From assembly GCA_033764315.1 (NCBI GenBank), contig JANRJA010000066.1, positions 1-45,347 on the forward strand: DNA of 45,347 nt, in the 5' to 3' direction. A model generated the notes under the pieces. The model saw nothing but the letters and a program-made list of their open reading frames with translations. It ran no database searches and was not told where the DNA came from. Positions 28,772-38,932 of this stretch are shown here, in pieces. This DNA is from Oculatellaceae cyanobacterium bins.114. GTDB lineage: Bacteria > Cyanobacteriota > Cyanobacteriia > Elainellales > Elainellaceae. A program made the position numbers and the translations under genes. Position 1 is the stretch's first letter; the number at the start of each line of letters is the position of its first letter.

Positions 28772-29416
28772 TTAAAAGAGAGGCACCTTGCCTATAAAAC
28801 TTTGCACAATTTGCAAGATTATAGGCTGAATTTCGTGACCCATTACAAGTTCTTGATAATCGACATTAACTCCTGCGGCTATGAGGAAATCTCGCGCTTG
28901 ACGAGCCGCTGTAATCGGTACAACGTTATCCAATGTGCCATGCACCATTAAAACAGGTGATTTGGGCGGAGTCTCAAGCTGAAGCGGCGCATGTAAATAC
29001 CCACTCAACACCATTAATGCGGCAAAAGGAAGGCGCAATCCCACATCCAGAGTCATTGCTCCACCTTGTGAAAACCCTGCCAAAACGGTGTGACTAAGCG
29101 GAATGCCTGTTTCTCCTTCTAGTGACCCTAGCCAGTCTATAAGTTGTTGCCGACTTTGCAGGAGATCAACTTTGGTTTGAAAATCATCTCGACTGCGAAA
29201 GTCATAGTCATCTGGGAAGCCGTACCACTTTTTGCCTGTTGTTGAATAAGGATGGGGAAAGGGGGCTTCGGGAAAGATAAATTGATACTCTGGCAAATTT
29301 ACATAAGAGGCCAAAGCAGCTACGTCTTGAGCGTTGGCCCCCCATCCGTGGAGCATGACGAGCAACCCCTGAGCCGGTTGGGTTCTAGCGGGAATGGCGA
29401 TCGCGTGTAAAGTCAG
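28772..29416 (-). CDS. Phospholipase/carboxylesterase (alpha/beta hydrolase), probable CTG start
   Basis: LHGWGAN, GFSQGG, HGTLDNVV and GHEI motifs; the frame extends to a CTG at 29416 with AGGAG 7 nt upstream. Confidence 0.88.
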   Translation of the reverse strand: MTLHAIAIPARTQPAQGLLVMLHGWGANAQDVAALASYVNLPEYQFIFPEAPFPHPYSTTGKKWYGFPDDYDFRSRDDFQTKVDLLQSRQQLIDWLGSLEGETGIPLSHTVLAGFSQGGAMTLDVGLRLPFAALMVLSGYLHAPLQLETPPKSPVLMVHGTLDNVVPITAARQARDFLIAAGVNVDYQELVMGHEIQPIILQIVQSFIGKVPLF

Positions 29417-29577
29417 ATGCGTGCTCCTGAGTTGAGAATGACAACGATTATGTGTGATCTAAAGACTGAGTGCCACTCTCAATTTAAAGGCTAATGTTAA
29501 AAGCTGAAAGTCTTTTTAGCTTTACTCTCAGCCCCTGACTTTGCCTATTTAATGTAAGTTCTCAATGTAAGTTCTGT

Positions 29578-30489
29578 ATGCGTGTTCCTGCTCTATCTCT
29601 TCATGTTCAAGGGCCACAGTGTTCTCGTCTAGTCATTGGAGCGTGGCGGCTTGCTGAATGGCGCATGACCTCTGAGGAGGTGCTGATTTTCTTAAACACC
29701 TGTGTGGATCTGGGTATCACCACCATTGATCATGCTGATATCTATGGCAACTACACCTGTGAAGCTTTATTTGGGGCAGCGTTGCAAAAGGAACCCAGAC
29801 TGCGCGATCGCCTGCAACTGGTGAGCAAATGCGGCATTAAATTGGTATCCGCTCATCGTCCTCAACATCAGATCAAGCATTACGACACTAGCCGTGCCCA
29901 TATTCTCGCTTCAGTTGACAACTCGCTTCAGCAACTTCACACCGATTATCTCGATCTATTACTGATCCATCGCCCTGACCCACTGATGAATGCTGACGAA
30001 ACCGCAGAAGCATTGATGAGTCTGATTTATAGTGGCAAAGTGCGTTACGTGGGTGTTTCTAACTTTACTCCCAGTCAATTTGAGCTATTGGCATCTCGGT
30101 TGAACGTACCGCTAGTCACAAATCAAATTGAGATCTCTGTTTTGCATCTAGAGCCATTTTTAGACGGCACGCTAGATCAGTGCCAGCGACTCAAAATTGC
30201 CCCTATGGCATGGTCGCCTTTAGGAGGTGGAGCTTTGTTTCACAGCTCAGAGATCCGGGCAAAACGGTTATACAGTAGCCTTACCGAAGTGGGTCAAGAA
30301 CTAGGCGGACTCACAGCGGATCAAGTTGCGCTGGCGTGGCTCTTGACCCACCCGGCAAATATTATTCCTCTCTTAGGGACTGGCAACCTCGATCGCATCC
30401 GAGTAGCGGCGATCGCCCTAGAGACAAGGTTAACGCGAGAGCAATGGTTTAAAATCTGGAGTGCTTCTACCGGAACTGATGTGCCCTAA
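29578..30489 (+). CDS. Aldo/keto reductase (YdhF-like)
   Basis: DHADIYG, SKCGI, LLIHRPD, GVSNF and AWSPLGGG motifs. Confidence 0.92.
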   Translation: MRVPALSLHVQGPQCSRLVIGAWRLAEWRMTSEEVLIFLNTCVDLGITTIDHADIYGNYTCEALFGAALQKEPRLRDRLQLVSKCGIKLVSAHRPQHQIKHYDTSRAHILASVDNSLQQLHTDYLDLLLIHRPDPLMNADETAEALMSLIYSGKVRYVGVSNFTPSQFELLASRLNVPLVTNQIEISVLHLEPFLDGTLDQCQRLKIAPMAWSPLGGGALFHSSEIRAKRLYSSLTEVGQELGGLTADQVALAWLLTHPANIIPLLGTGNLDRIRVAAIALETRLTREQWFKIWSASTGTDVP

Positions 30490-30590
30490 GGGTATCTAAC
30501 CAGGGTTCCACCGTTCGGCTGAGCTGATGACGAAGCCTCTGCACCCCAAATTCCGCACCCTATTTGTGGTGTACTAAGTCGTGAACTGAA

Positions 30591-30616
30591 GAGGGACATG
30601 TCATGACATGTCCCTC
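30591..30616. terminator. 26-bp perfect palindrome between convergent genes (REP-like or terminator)
   Basis: GAGGGACATGTCA|TGACATGTCCCTC. Confidence 0.5.
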
Positions 30617-30625
30617 CCATCTAGA

Positions 30626-31330
30626 CTATGCTGCCATATCAAATAACAGCACTTCAGCGTCGTTGGATGCTCCTTTTAGAGTGATTACATCTTCTTGGGC
30701 GATTGCTGCACCATCTCCAGCAGTGAGAGGGCGATCGTTTAATTGCACTGCTCCTCGTGCAACTTGTACCCAAACCACTCGTCCACTGGCCAACGAATGG
30801 CTTACTGTGTCCCCTTCTTTAAGGGATGTGGCATATAAGTTGACATCCTGGTGAATAGTGATGGATCCATCTCGACCATCGTGAGAGCCAACCAACCTTA
30901 ACTGACCTTGCTTTTCAGCGTCAGAGAAGTTTTTCTGCTCATAACCCGGTTCAATCCCTTTTTGTTCCGGCAAAATCCAGATTTGTAAAAAGTGAACGGG
31001 GTCAGTGTCAGAGGCGTTGTATTCACTGTGCATGATGCCTGTTCCAGCTGACATCCGTTGCACATCACCAGGGCGAATCACAGAACCTGTGCCAATGCTG
31101 TCTTTGTGTTCTAATGCTCCTTCTAAAACGTAGGAGATGATTTCCATGTCACGGTGACCGTGGGTGCCAAACCCTTGACCTGGAGTCACTTTGTCTTCGT
31201 TGATAACCCGCAGATCGGCAAAGCCCATATGAGCCGGATCATAATAGTTTCCAAAGGAGAAGGTGTGGCGACTATCTAACCAACCAAAATTAGCAATACC
31301 GCGTTCTTGAGCAGGGCGAATCGTAATCAT
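30626..31330 (-). CDS. Pirin family protein (YhhW-like)
   Basis: [34 protein letters not shown] and FLQIW motifs; start MITIR at 31330 with GAGG RBS. Confidence 0.93.
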   Translation of the reverse strand: MITIRPAQERGIANFGWLDSRHTFSFGNYYDPAHMGFADLRVINEDKVTPGQGFGTHGHRDMEIISYVLEGALEHKDSIGTGSVIRPGDVQRMSAGTGIMHSEYNASDTDPVHFLQIWILPEQKGIEPGYEQKNFSDAEKQGQLRLVGSHDGRDGSITIHQDVNLYATSLKEGDTVSHSLASGRVVWVQVARGAVQLNDRPLTAGDGAAIAQEDVITLKGASNDAEVLLFDMAA

Positions 31331-31920
31331 GTGTGGCACCTCTTGAGTAGGTGGAGTGAGTTGAATAAGGTGATTTCTGTGAACTGTGTTCTTCAGAACT
31401 TGTGCATTTGAAGGCATTTCTGATCGATCTAAACAAGGTGAAGTGGTTTGAGAGAGGTTTCACGGTGCTTAGCCTGTCATCTCCTGCGTCAGTCCTTTTC
31501 TCGAACTCTTTTATTATGGATTGAATCTAATTAAAAGACAATACCCAATTTAAGATACTGATTGTCTCTATAATATCTACAATAAGAAGCTGTACCTGTT
31601 CAGTAAGTAATGGTCGCCAATTAGTAGTAGGGGTATCTCGCGAAACGCCCTGACGGAAGCATGACGGAAACAGTGATGGGTCTGCCCAATTTCTAGAAAC
31701 GGTATGAGCGGCATGTGGTCAAACGAATTTGGGCAAGCTGTTGTTGTCTCTAGAGTCCATAGCACAACGATATAATGAAGGCTCTGGCGATCGCCCCATC
31801 CTCTTGAGGATCGCGGTTAAAGAAATTGCAGGGTGTGTCCTCATCCGTCTAACTGGGTAAGATGGCATCCCCCGATAGCAAATTGCCATTGATATTGTCA
31901 GGTCTACCTCCAAACGTCTG

Positions 31921-32322
31921 ATGTCTGCTAGCAATCCCTCTTTTGAACTAACCCTGCACCGATTGCGTCAGGTGCGTACCACTCTATTGCGTCTTCACAA
32001 AGCGTTGCTTAACTCTGAACGGTTGGTTTATGAACAATTTCATGGACGCATTCAATCCAATGGAGAGTTTTTTCGACTGGTGGTAGGGCATGAATGGTTT
32101 GACTGGTTACGCCCGATGTCTCAATTGATTGTCCAAATGGATGATCTACTTCATACCAAAGAGCCAATCACTGTTGACCAGGTGAATGGGGTGTTAGAGC
32201 AAGCTCAAAGCCTATTGCAACCGGATGTGGATGGTACCCCTTCAGAGAAGCGATATTATCGAGCCATTCAACGCGATCCTGACATTGCTTTAATGCACGC
32301 TGAGATCTCTCGGTTGTTGTAG
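31921..32322 (+). CDS. Conserved hypothetical protein
   Basis: 133-aa helical ORF (LLRLHKALL...FDWLRPMSQLIVQMD...QRDPD) with ATG start. Confidence 0.75.
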   Translation: MSASNPSFELTLHRLRQVRTTLLRLHKALLNSERLVYEQFHGRIQSNGEFFRLVVGHEWFDWLRPMSQLIVQMDDLLHTKEPITVDQVNGVLEQAQSLLQPDVDGTPSEKRYYRAIQRDPDIALMHAEISRLL

Positions 32323-32441
32323 GACTGATTAACTTTGCCGCGATCGCCTATCCATCCCTGATCTTTCTCTAAGGCAGTACATCGCACTCGTTCAATGGAT
32401 GCATTATCTTGCTGAGAATTCTCTTGACGAATGCGGTGCCC

Positions 32442-32888
32442 CTACTTCTTCTCTACCTTCCTTCTCTGATCCAACCATTGCTGCAAAATAATCGCAGCGG
32501 CTTTGCGATCGATCAGTCCTTTGTTCCGTGAAGGAGATTGTCCCTCGGCGATCAACAGTTGTTCGGCTTGAAAGGAAGTGAGCCGCTCATCGACGTATTC
32601 CACAGGTAATTGCAATGCCTCGCTCAAGCGGTGGGCAAACCGTTGTGTTTTCTTTGCCTGAGAGCCGATCGCGCCGCCCATCGTATAGGGTAAGCCGACC
32701 ACCAACACTTGCACCTGTCGTTCCTGTACGAGGGTTTTGAGTTGGTCAACGTCTTCTAAAAACGATCGCCGCTCAATCGTGGTTAACCCTGAAGCGATTA
32801 GTCCTGTGCGATCGCACCCTGCTACGCCAATTCTTTTGCGACCGACATCCAGTCCTAAAGCCGAGATGAAGGTCGAAGAGGAGGTCAT
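32442..32888 (-). CDS. ruvX: YqgF/RuvX pre-16S rRNA nuclease
   Basis: LGLDVGRKRIGVA, VVGLP, VDERLTS and DRKAAAIILQ motifs. Confidence 0.93.
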   Translation of the reverse strand: MTSSSTFISALGLDVGRKRIGVAGCDRTGLIASGLTTIERRSFLEDVDQLKTLVQERQVQVLVVGLPYTMGGAIGSQAKKTQRFAHRLSEALQLPVEYVDERLTSFQAEQLLIAEGQSPSRNKGLIDRKAAAIILQQWLDQRRKVEKK

Positions 32889-32896
32889 AGCTCTAA

Positions 32897-34126
32897 CTAT
32901 TGCTCAGGGCTAATGCTGCTGGAGTTGTCGTCAGTGGGATTGGGGGTTTGAGGCAACTGACGAATTGATTCCAGCAGAGAAAAGCGACCTGGAACAGGCT
33001 TTCGAGCTGGTTGAAACCCTTGCAACACCTCTGACAATTGCAGCCCTTCAAGCGAGACAAAGCGAGTTTCTCGAACTTTGTGCCACACCGAACGTGACAT
33101 CATTAGGGTGTGTTCGATGCGAGTGGCTCCAATTTGCTCCAAGTATTCTTCACGCTCTGGTTGATAATCAGTCGAGGTCAGGCGCAGGGGCTGATTTGAA
33201 ACCCCTTTGGCGAGTCGTGCCATTTGGGAGAGCAACTCAGGATAGAGCCAGGTATAAGCTGGATGCACAGTTAAATGAGCCGAGTGAGGATGGGTGCCAT
33301 CTTGACTCAATTGCAATTTGTAGTATCCGATCGCTGCCTTGCGCTGTGACTCAAACACATAATTGCTGATCACGTCTGTATGCTCGACGCGTTGTTTAGC
33401 GTTGTCTACAACAGCTCTGAGCAAACTTGCTTTAAAGTCGTGGGGCTGGCGATCAAACACCTGCCTCACCAACGGTGGCATGGAGACAGTGTCAAGTTGA
33501 TGCAACAAGCAAGCATCAGCATTGCTCACGGGTAACAGATTGGGGAGGTCAGGCTCTCGCTCGGCTAAGTGACTGAGTAACTCAGGTGCGATCGCCCAAT
33601 ATGTCATTTGGGCTAAGGGTTGAAACCCATTGTGACGATATAGAGCCAACGAGTCTTTATCATTCACATTAACTTCAGTCAGCCATGTGCGAGCTTCCCA
33701 AATGGTTTGAAAACAGTGACGCAACAGTTGTGAGCCAACCTCTGCCGGAGAAACCACTTCCCCCTCTGTGACCTCACCCACATTGGTCAACACCTGATCA
33801 ATCCGCCAGGTGGTGCGCGATTGGTTAAATGGAGACACCTGAATCACTCCCCGTAAACGGTTCGACGCAGTTCCTCCTGCGGGGGAATCGCTTTCATGGG
33901 CGACGTAGGCATTTAGCAGATTCTGCAATGGGTTGGGAAACAGACTCAAAAATTTCAACACGCCATACCAGCGATTAATCTGCTCCCAGCGGCGGCTTTG
34001 ATAAGCCGCGTAATCACTGCATTCCCAATCAGTCGCATCTGAAAACAGACGTTGCACTTCTGCCAGATCACGATGTTGAAATGGACGAATTGATATGTTA
34101 GTAGTCTGTGGCAGAGTTGAAGTCAT
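32897..34126 (-). CDS. GNAT-family N-acetyltransferase (cyanobacterial tandem type)
   Basis: IRPFQHRDL, GSQLLRHC and ALYRHNGFQPL motifs; in an operon with ruvX. Confidence 0.85.
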   Translation of the reverse strand: MTSTLPQTTNISIRPFQHRDLAEVQRLFSDATDWECSDYAAYQSRRWEQINRWYGVLKFLSLFPNPLQNLLNAYVAHESDSPAGGTASNRLRGVIQVSPFNQSRTTWRIDQVLTNVGEVTEGEVVSPAEVGSQLLRHCFQTIWEARTWLTEVNVNDKDSLALYRHNGFQPLAQMTYWAIAPELLSHLAEREPDLPNLLPVSNADACLLHQLDTVSMPPLVRQVFDRQPHDFKASLLRAVVDNAKQRVEHTDVISNYVFESQRKAAIGYYKLQLSQDGTHPHSAHLTVHPAYTWLYPELLSQMARLAKGVSNQPLRLTSTDYQPEREEYLEQIGATRIEHTLMMSRSVWHKVRETRFVSLEGLQLSEVLQGFQPARKPVPGRFSLLESIRQLPQTPNPTDDNSSSISPEQ

Positions 34127-34131
34127 GCTGG

Positions 34132-35322
34132 CTAAGTGGCTGCGGCAGTGTCTGTCGGACGAATTAGCACTAATGGAGTTTGTTCATCGGCATTACCTGC
34201 CGGGTTCGTAATTAAAGCTTGTTCCAAAAATGGGAGTGAAATATTTGAACTCGCTGCCAATATTTTAACTGCTTTCAAATCATTGACATCCACTACAGCG
34301 GCAGACAATCCAGTTTCGCGATGAATTTGCTCAACAATTTGCTGTGGATTGTCTGGGCCTAAGACAATAAATTGATCATAAGGAGGCAGAGTGCCCGTGA
34401 CATCGTCAATTAGACGGGCTTGTTCGCCAGCCAGTTGATAAAACATGCCTGGTTTATTTAATACTTTCTTAGCGATCGCCCCTAAGACAAATGCCCAAAA
34501 GACGCGAACTGGTCCGACAATATCCACCAACGCCTGCATGCCACAGGCCGTTGCCAAACTAGATGTAGGCATGAAGTAGTAGCACAATCGCCGCGCTAAC
34601 CATCCTGGTTTAACATCGGTGGGGTGGCGAAACCGACCTTGCATAATGGCGACTGGGGTTTCTCCAATGGTGACAATATCGCCTGGTTGAGCATGCGGCA
34701 CGACATAGCGTTTGACCACTTCTACCGGGTTGTCGAGATGGCTCAATAGATGAGTCCGAATGGGCAACAAATCAGCATTGGGCGTCGGTCGCCAGCGTTG
34801 TGATTCTTCCACAACTGGAAACTTTAAGGGCACAATGATGTGTCGCATCTTAGGAATGCGCCCTTGGGGGCCATAGGTGGTGTATTGAACCTGAATCCAC
34901 GCGGCCTGAAGGGGGTGCAAATTCTCACCTTTGATCTCTAATGACACTTCCAGGCGAGTCGTTTTGCCGACCTTGACGATATAGCCAAACCAATACCCAT
35001 CGGGGCGTGCCGGAGCATCCGGATGGCGTGGTGTGATTCGTATTTGGGTCGTCACTCCCTCCAAGCTTTCTTTAGAGAGCAAGGTTGCTTTTGCCTCGAC
35101 TTGAGGCACCATAATTTCGAGCCGTTGAGTGCGATTTTGGAGTTCTAATTCTCCGGCTAAGAGATATCGTTGAGGTTCATAAACCTCAAGATTCCAATCT
35201 CCAGCTGTCATTTCTAAAGCGTTACCGGGACGGCGGCGAAATTGCACTTCAATCGCCAGTACCCCTAAACCTGCCACTAGAGCGGCTATTCCTAACCCAA
35301 TGCCAACACTACCTGCTACCAC
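34132..35322 (-). CDS. F420-0:gamma-glutamyl ligase-like protein
   Basis: IGETPVAIMQGR, IDDVTGTLPPYD and NPAGNADEQTP motifs; N-terminal TM helix. Confidence 0.8.
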   Translation of the reverse strand: MVAGSVGIGLGIAALVAGLGVLAIEVQFRRRPGNALEMTAGDWNLEVYEPQRYLLAGELELQNRTQRLEIMVPQVEAKATLLSKESLEGVTTQIRITPRHPDAPARPDGYWFGYIVKVGKTTRLEVSLEIKGENLHPLQAAWIQVQYTTYGPQGRIPKMRHIIVPLKFPVVEESQRWRPTPNADLLPIRTHLLSHLDNPVEVVKRYVVPHAQPGDIVTIGETPVAIMQGRFRHPTDVKPGWLARRLCYYFMPTSSLATACGMQALVDIVGPVRVFWAFVLGAIAKKVLNKPGMFYQLAGEQARLIDDVTGTLPPYDQFIVLGPDNPQQIVEQIHRETGLSAAVVDVNDLKAVKILAASSNISLPFLEQALITNPAGNADEQTPLVLIRPTDTAAAT

Positions 35323-35549
35323 AATTGCTTAACGAATAAATTGCCACATGAAAATAGTAAGCCCTTTAGCAAGTCTATAGAACTGAGGGAAGGTTGCACC
35401 GAAAACTCAAAAAATTGGAATTCAATTCATAAAATTTACAAACTTTTGAATTCTGCGGTACGATGCTCTCACTGGTTTCTTTAAAATTTGTAAACTAAAA
35501 AAGATATCCAGATTAAAAGGGATTGTGGCTGTCGTTTGGGGAGTTTGTC

Positions 35550-36494
35550 ATGAAGCAACTGGTAGTCGCTGAGCGCGTTTGCTTAATTGGTCATTTAGTA
35601 GCGATGGCTTTTGGATTGGCAGGGCTGTTGCTTGTCATGCCGCATCCTGAATTTTTGGCTCTCTTACCGGCGGGGCAAACGATGTTTGCCTGGAGCATGG
35701 CAGGGGGCGGTGTGGTTTATATTTTGTTGGGGGCGATCGCGGTTGCGATTCATGCTTACCGTACTTTGGGGTTACAGGGATTGTTGACCTTTCTGGTGCC
35801 TGCTGTTGCCATTTCCCTTAGCAGTGAGCTAATGGGCACTAGCATAGGCTTTCCTTTTGGGGACTACAGTTATCTGAGTGGGTTGGGTTATAAAATCGCT
35901 GGGTTGGTGCCGTTTACCATTCCTCTATCCTGGTTTTATTTAGGGCTTTCCTCTTATCTGTTGGCACGGGTGATTTTGGGAGGAAATGACTCCGGTAAGG
36001 GCGGTTTTTCAGGGCTGTTACGTCAACTTGGGGCGATCGCTCTCGGCTCTCTCTTGTTGACTTCCTGGGATTTTGTCCTAGATCCGGCAATGAGTCAGAC
36101 GGCTATGCCTTTCTGGTATTGGCATCAGCCCGGTGCATTCTTTGGCATGCCCTATCAAAATTTTGCTGGCTGGTTTGGGACAGGGGTTGTATTCATGGCG
36201 GTTGCGGCTATTTTTTGGCGCAAGCGTCCACCCCAGTTACAACCCGTTCAGCTCAATTTGCCTTTGATGGTTTATCTTGGCAACTTTGCTTTTGCCATGA
36301 TTATGAGCTTGGCAGCAGGGATTTGGATTCCAGTTCTGTTAGGTTTAGCGTTAGGAGTAGCTCCAGCTTTAATCTGTTGGGCTGTCGCGCACTCTTCTCA
36401 ACCGACTGATGCTCAAGTAGTTGTGACTGAGACAACGGCTGACAATCTCAAAGCTCGTGTTGCAACCGCCTCTGTGGGTGTTAGTGCGAAGTAA
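35550..36494 (+). CDS. cruF: Gamma-carotene 1'-hydroxylase CruF
   Basis: SELMGTSIGFPFG, PFTIPLSW, WDFVLDPAM and MPYQNFAGW motifs; coupled to cruG through TAATG. Confidence 0.9.
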   Translation: MKQLVVAERVCLIGHLVAMAFGLAGLLLVMPHPEFLALLPAGQTMFAWSMAGGGVVYILLGAIAVAIHAYRTLGLQGLLTFLVPAVAISLSSELMGTSIGFPFGDYSYLSGLGYKIAGLVPFTIPLSWFYLGLSSYLLARVILGGNDSGKGGFSGLLRQLGAIALGSLLLTSWDFVLDPAMSQTAMPFWYWHQPGAFFGMPYQNFAGWFGTGVVFMAVAAIFWRKRPPQLQPVQLNLPLMVYLGNFAFAMIMSLAAGIWIPVLLGLALGVAPALICWAVAHSSQPTDAQVVVTETTADNLKARVATASVGVSAK

Positions 36495-37723
36495 TGACAG
36501 CTTTCAGTTCTTTACCTGCTGATATCGTACTACCGAGTGTTTTGGCACTGGTGTTGCTTTTGGTTCAGCTGCCAGCCGTTTTGATTTTGTTGAGCCGCTT
36601 GGTGCTTGGTCCCCTGCGCCAACTCCCCTTAGAGCCACGACGCTCCACTCCCGATCAGATTGGCAAGGTGAGTGTTGTTGTTCCTACGTTAAATGAGGCA
36701 GAGCGCATTACCCCTTGTCTCACGGGTTTGACCCGTCAGGGCTATGAAGTGCGAGAGATTATCGTGGTAGATAGCCGTTCGCAGGATGGCACTGTTGATC
36801 TGGTGAAGGCGGCTCAGCGCACTGATCCCCGTTTTCGTGTGATGACTGATGATCCTCTCCCTGCCGATTGGGTGGGGCGCCCTTGGGCACTCCATAATGG
36901 TTTTCTCTACAGTTCTGAGCACAGCGAGTGGATCTTGGGCATTGATGCAGATACCCAGCCTCAACCAGGATTGGTATCAAGTCTGATATCAACGGCTGAG
37001 GCTCAAGGCTATGACTTGCTCTCAGCTTCTCCCCAATTTATTCTTCAGTATCCAGGCGAGTTTTGGTTGCAACCGGCTCTCCTGATCACTCTCGTATATC
37101 GGTTTGGAGCGGCTGGCTCGACGTTGACTGGTTCTGAGCGAATTTTGGCAAATGGTCAATGTTTTTTGATCCGGCGATCGCTCTTGACTGATTTGGGAGG
37201 CTATACCAGTGCTCGTCGTTCTTTTTGCGATGATGTCACGCTGGCGAGATATGCTGCTCAGCACGGGGCTAAAGTTGGTTTTCTTGATGGCTCTAAAGTG
37301 CTCAAGGTGCGGATGTATGAGGGAGCCGTGGAAACCTGGCGAGAATGGGGGCGATCGCTCGATCTAAAGGACGCTTCTAGTCCAGGACAGAAATGGGGTG
37401 ATCTGTGGTTTTTGCTGATGGTGCAGGGAATCCCTCTGATCGCAACGCTGTTGTTGACGAGTTTTGTGCTGCAAGGATATACCTCAGTGCCCATTCTCAC
37501 AGCGGTGGGGATCAATGGGCTACTGGTGTTTATTCGCATCGCTCTGCTATGGGGCATTGCACCTACCTACGCTCGCCCTACTAAAGCATTTTGGGCATTC
37601 TGGTTCTCTCCATTGGCTGATCCGCTAGCGGTGCTGCGAATTTTTCTATCCTCTGTCCACACTCCAACCCGTTGGCGAGGACGGGTCTATGGTGAGTCGC
37701 ATGGCAAACAATCTACTGAGTGA
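36494..37723 (+). CDS. cruG: Myxol 2'-O-glycosyltransferase CruG (GT2)
   Basis: VVVPTLNE, WVGRPWAL, IDADT, ANGQC and CDDV motifs; follows cruF. Confidence 0.9.
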   Translation: MTAFSSLPADIVLPSVLALVLLLVQLPAVLILLSRLVLGPLRQLPLEPRRSTPDQIGKVSVVVPTLNEAERITPCLTGLTRQGYEVREIIVVDSRSQDGTVDLVKAAQRTDPRFRVMTDDPLPADWVGRPWALHNGFLYSSEHSEWILGIDADTQPQPGLVSSLISTAEAQGYDLLSASPQFILQYPGEFWLQPALLITLVYRFGAAGSTLTGSERILANGQCFLIRRSLLTDLGGYTSARRSFCDDVTLARYAAQHGAKVGFLDGSKVLKVRMYEGAVETWREWGRSLDLKDASSPGQKWGDLWFLLMVQGIPLIATLLLTSFVLQGYTSVPILTAVGINGLLVFIRIALLWGIAPTYARPTKAFWAFWFSPLADPLAVLRIFLSSVHTPTRWRGRVYGESHGKQSTE

Positions 37724-38501
37724 AATTCCTGTTGTTTATCTCGGTTTAATGGGTAGTGCGATCGCTGGATTGGGGACAGGTCTAGGAGCGTTGCCCGTCT
37801 TATTTGTCAGGCGCATTACTGATAATGCTCAGGGTGTGATGTTGGGCTTTGGGGCAGGAGTTATGCTGGCGGCGACGGCTTTCTCCCTGATCGTTCCGGG
37901 TATTGAGGCGGCTGAGGCAGTAGGTCAAAGTCCGACCGTTGCAGCGTCTCTCGTTGCCGTTGGCATTTTATTAGGAGGGCTTTTTCTCTGGCTTGCCAAT
38001 CGCTACTTTCCCCACGAACATTTCTTTAAAGGGCGAGAAGGTGACGGAAATATCGCTAATCTCAAACGAGTTTGGCTATTTATTGCTGCAATTACGATTC
38101 ACAACTTTCCAGAAGGTTTGGCAGTGGGTGTAGGATTTGGCGGTGGCAATGTTGCCAACGGCACAGCTCTTGCAGTGGGAATTGGCTTGCAAAACATCCC
38201 CGAAGGCTTGGTAGTGGCTATTTCTCTATTAGGGGAGAAATATTCTAAGCGAGATGCAATTTTAATTAGTCTTTTAACTGGGTTGGTTGAGCCAGTGGGT
38301 GGCTTGTTGGGTGCCGGTGCAGTTTCTGTGTTGCAGGCTGTCTTGCCAGTAGCAATGGGCTTTGCAGCCGGAGCCATGTTATTTGTGATCAGTGATGAAA
38401 TTATTCCTGAATCTCACCGACTCGGCTACGAAAAAGCGGCGACTGCCGGAGTGATGGTCGGGTTTGTGATGATGATGTTTCTCGATGTAGCGTTGGGCTA
38501 A
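37701..38501 (+). CDS. ZIP-family (GufA/ZupT-like) metal transporter
   Basis: HNFPEGLAVG, QNIPEG, EPVG and EIIPESH motifs. Confidence 0.92.
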   Translation: MANNLLSEIPVVYLGLMGSAIAGLGTGLGALPVLFVRRITDNAQGVMLGFGAGVMLAATAFSLIVPGIEAAEAVGQSPTVAASLVAVGILLGGLFLWLANRYFPHEHFFKGREGDGNIANLKRVWLFIAAITIHNFPEGLAVGVGFGGGNVANGTALAVGIGLQNIPEGLVVAISLLGEKYSKRDAILISLLTGLVEPVGGLLGAGAVSVLQAVLPVAMGFAAGAMLFVISDEIIPESHRLGYEKAATAGVMVGFVMMMFLDVALG

Positions 38502-38932
38502 AGGGCTGAATAAGGAAGAAGGAGAAGGCGATCGCCGAAATATAGTTTAAAATTTCCCCTATTTCAGTACGATCTGCCTCTCCTCAGCATTCATTCACCT
38601 GTGATAGCTAACTTATCAAGCTGGTTTGTCAAAGCCGTGTTGAATCCATGAACCTGAGATGACAAATCGCCACAGCGATTGTGACTTTTGGATGGAACTG
38701 CTCTAATCCTTGCCAGTTAAGTACTTCAGAAGACAGAGTTTAGTAATTTGTGAGCCGGTTAGCTTCAAATTAATCTTCATATCGGCGTGATGGTGATGTC
38801 ATCCCAATGACAAATCAGCCTTTTAGAGTAATGACTAGTGGCTAAATCTGTTGACTTTGGTTGATAGCTCATCACACAACTGAATGCAGATTTGGCTATA
38901 CGTTTATCGTTGCCAAAGGATTATAAACTACT

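Noticed and set aside
31577..31934. Two short minus-strand ORFs (62 and 71 aa)
   Set aside because: They overlap each other and have no RBS or family motif; not supportable as genes.
32442..37723. ruvX-GNAT-F420 ligase-like genes divergent from cruF-cruG as a novel pathway
   Set aside because: To my knowledge these are common cyanobacterial core-genome genes, and nothing in the sequence links them functionally.
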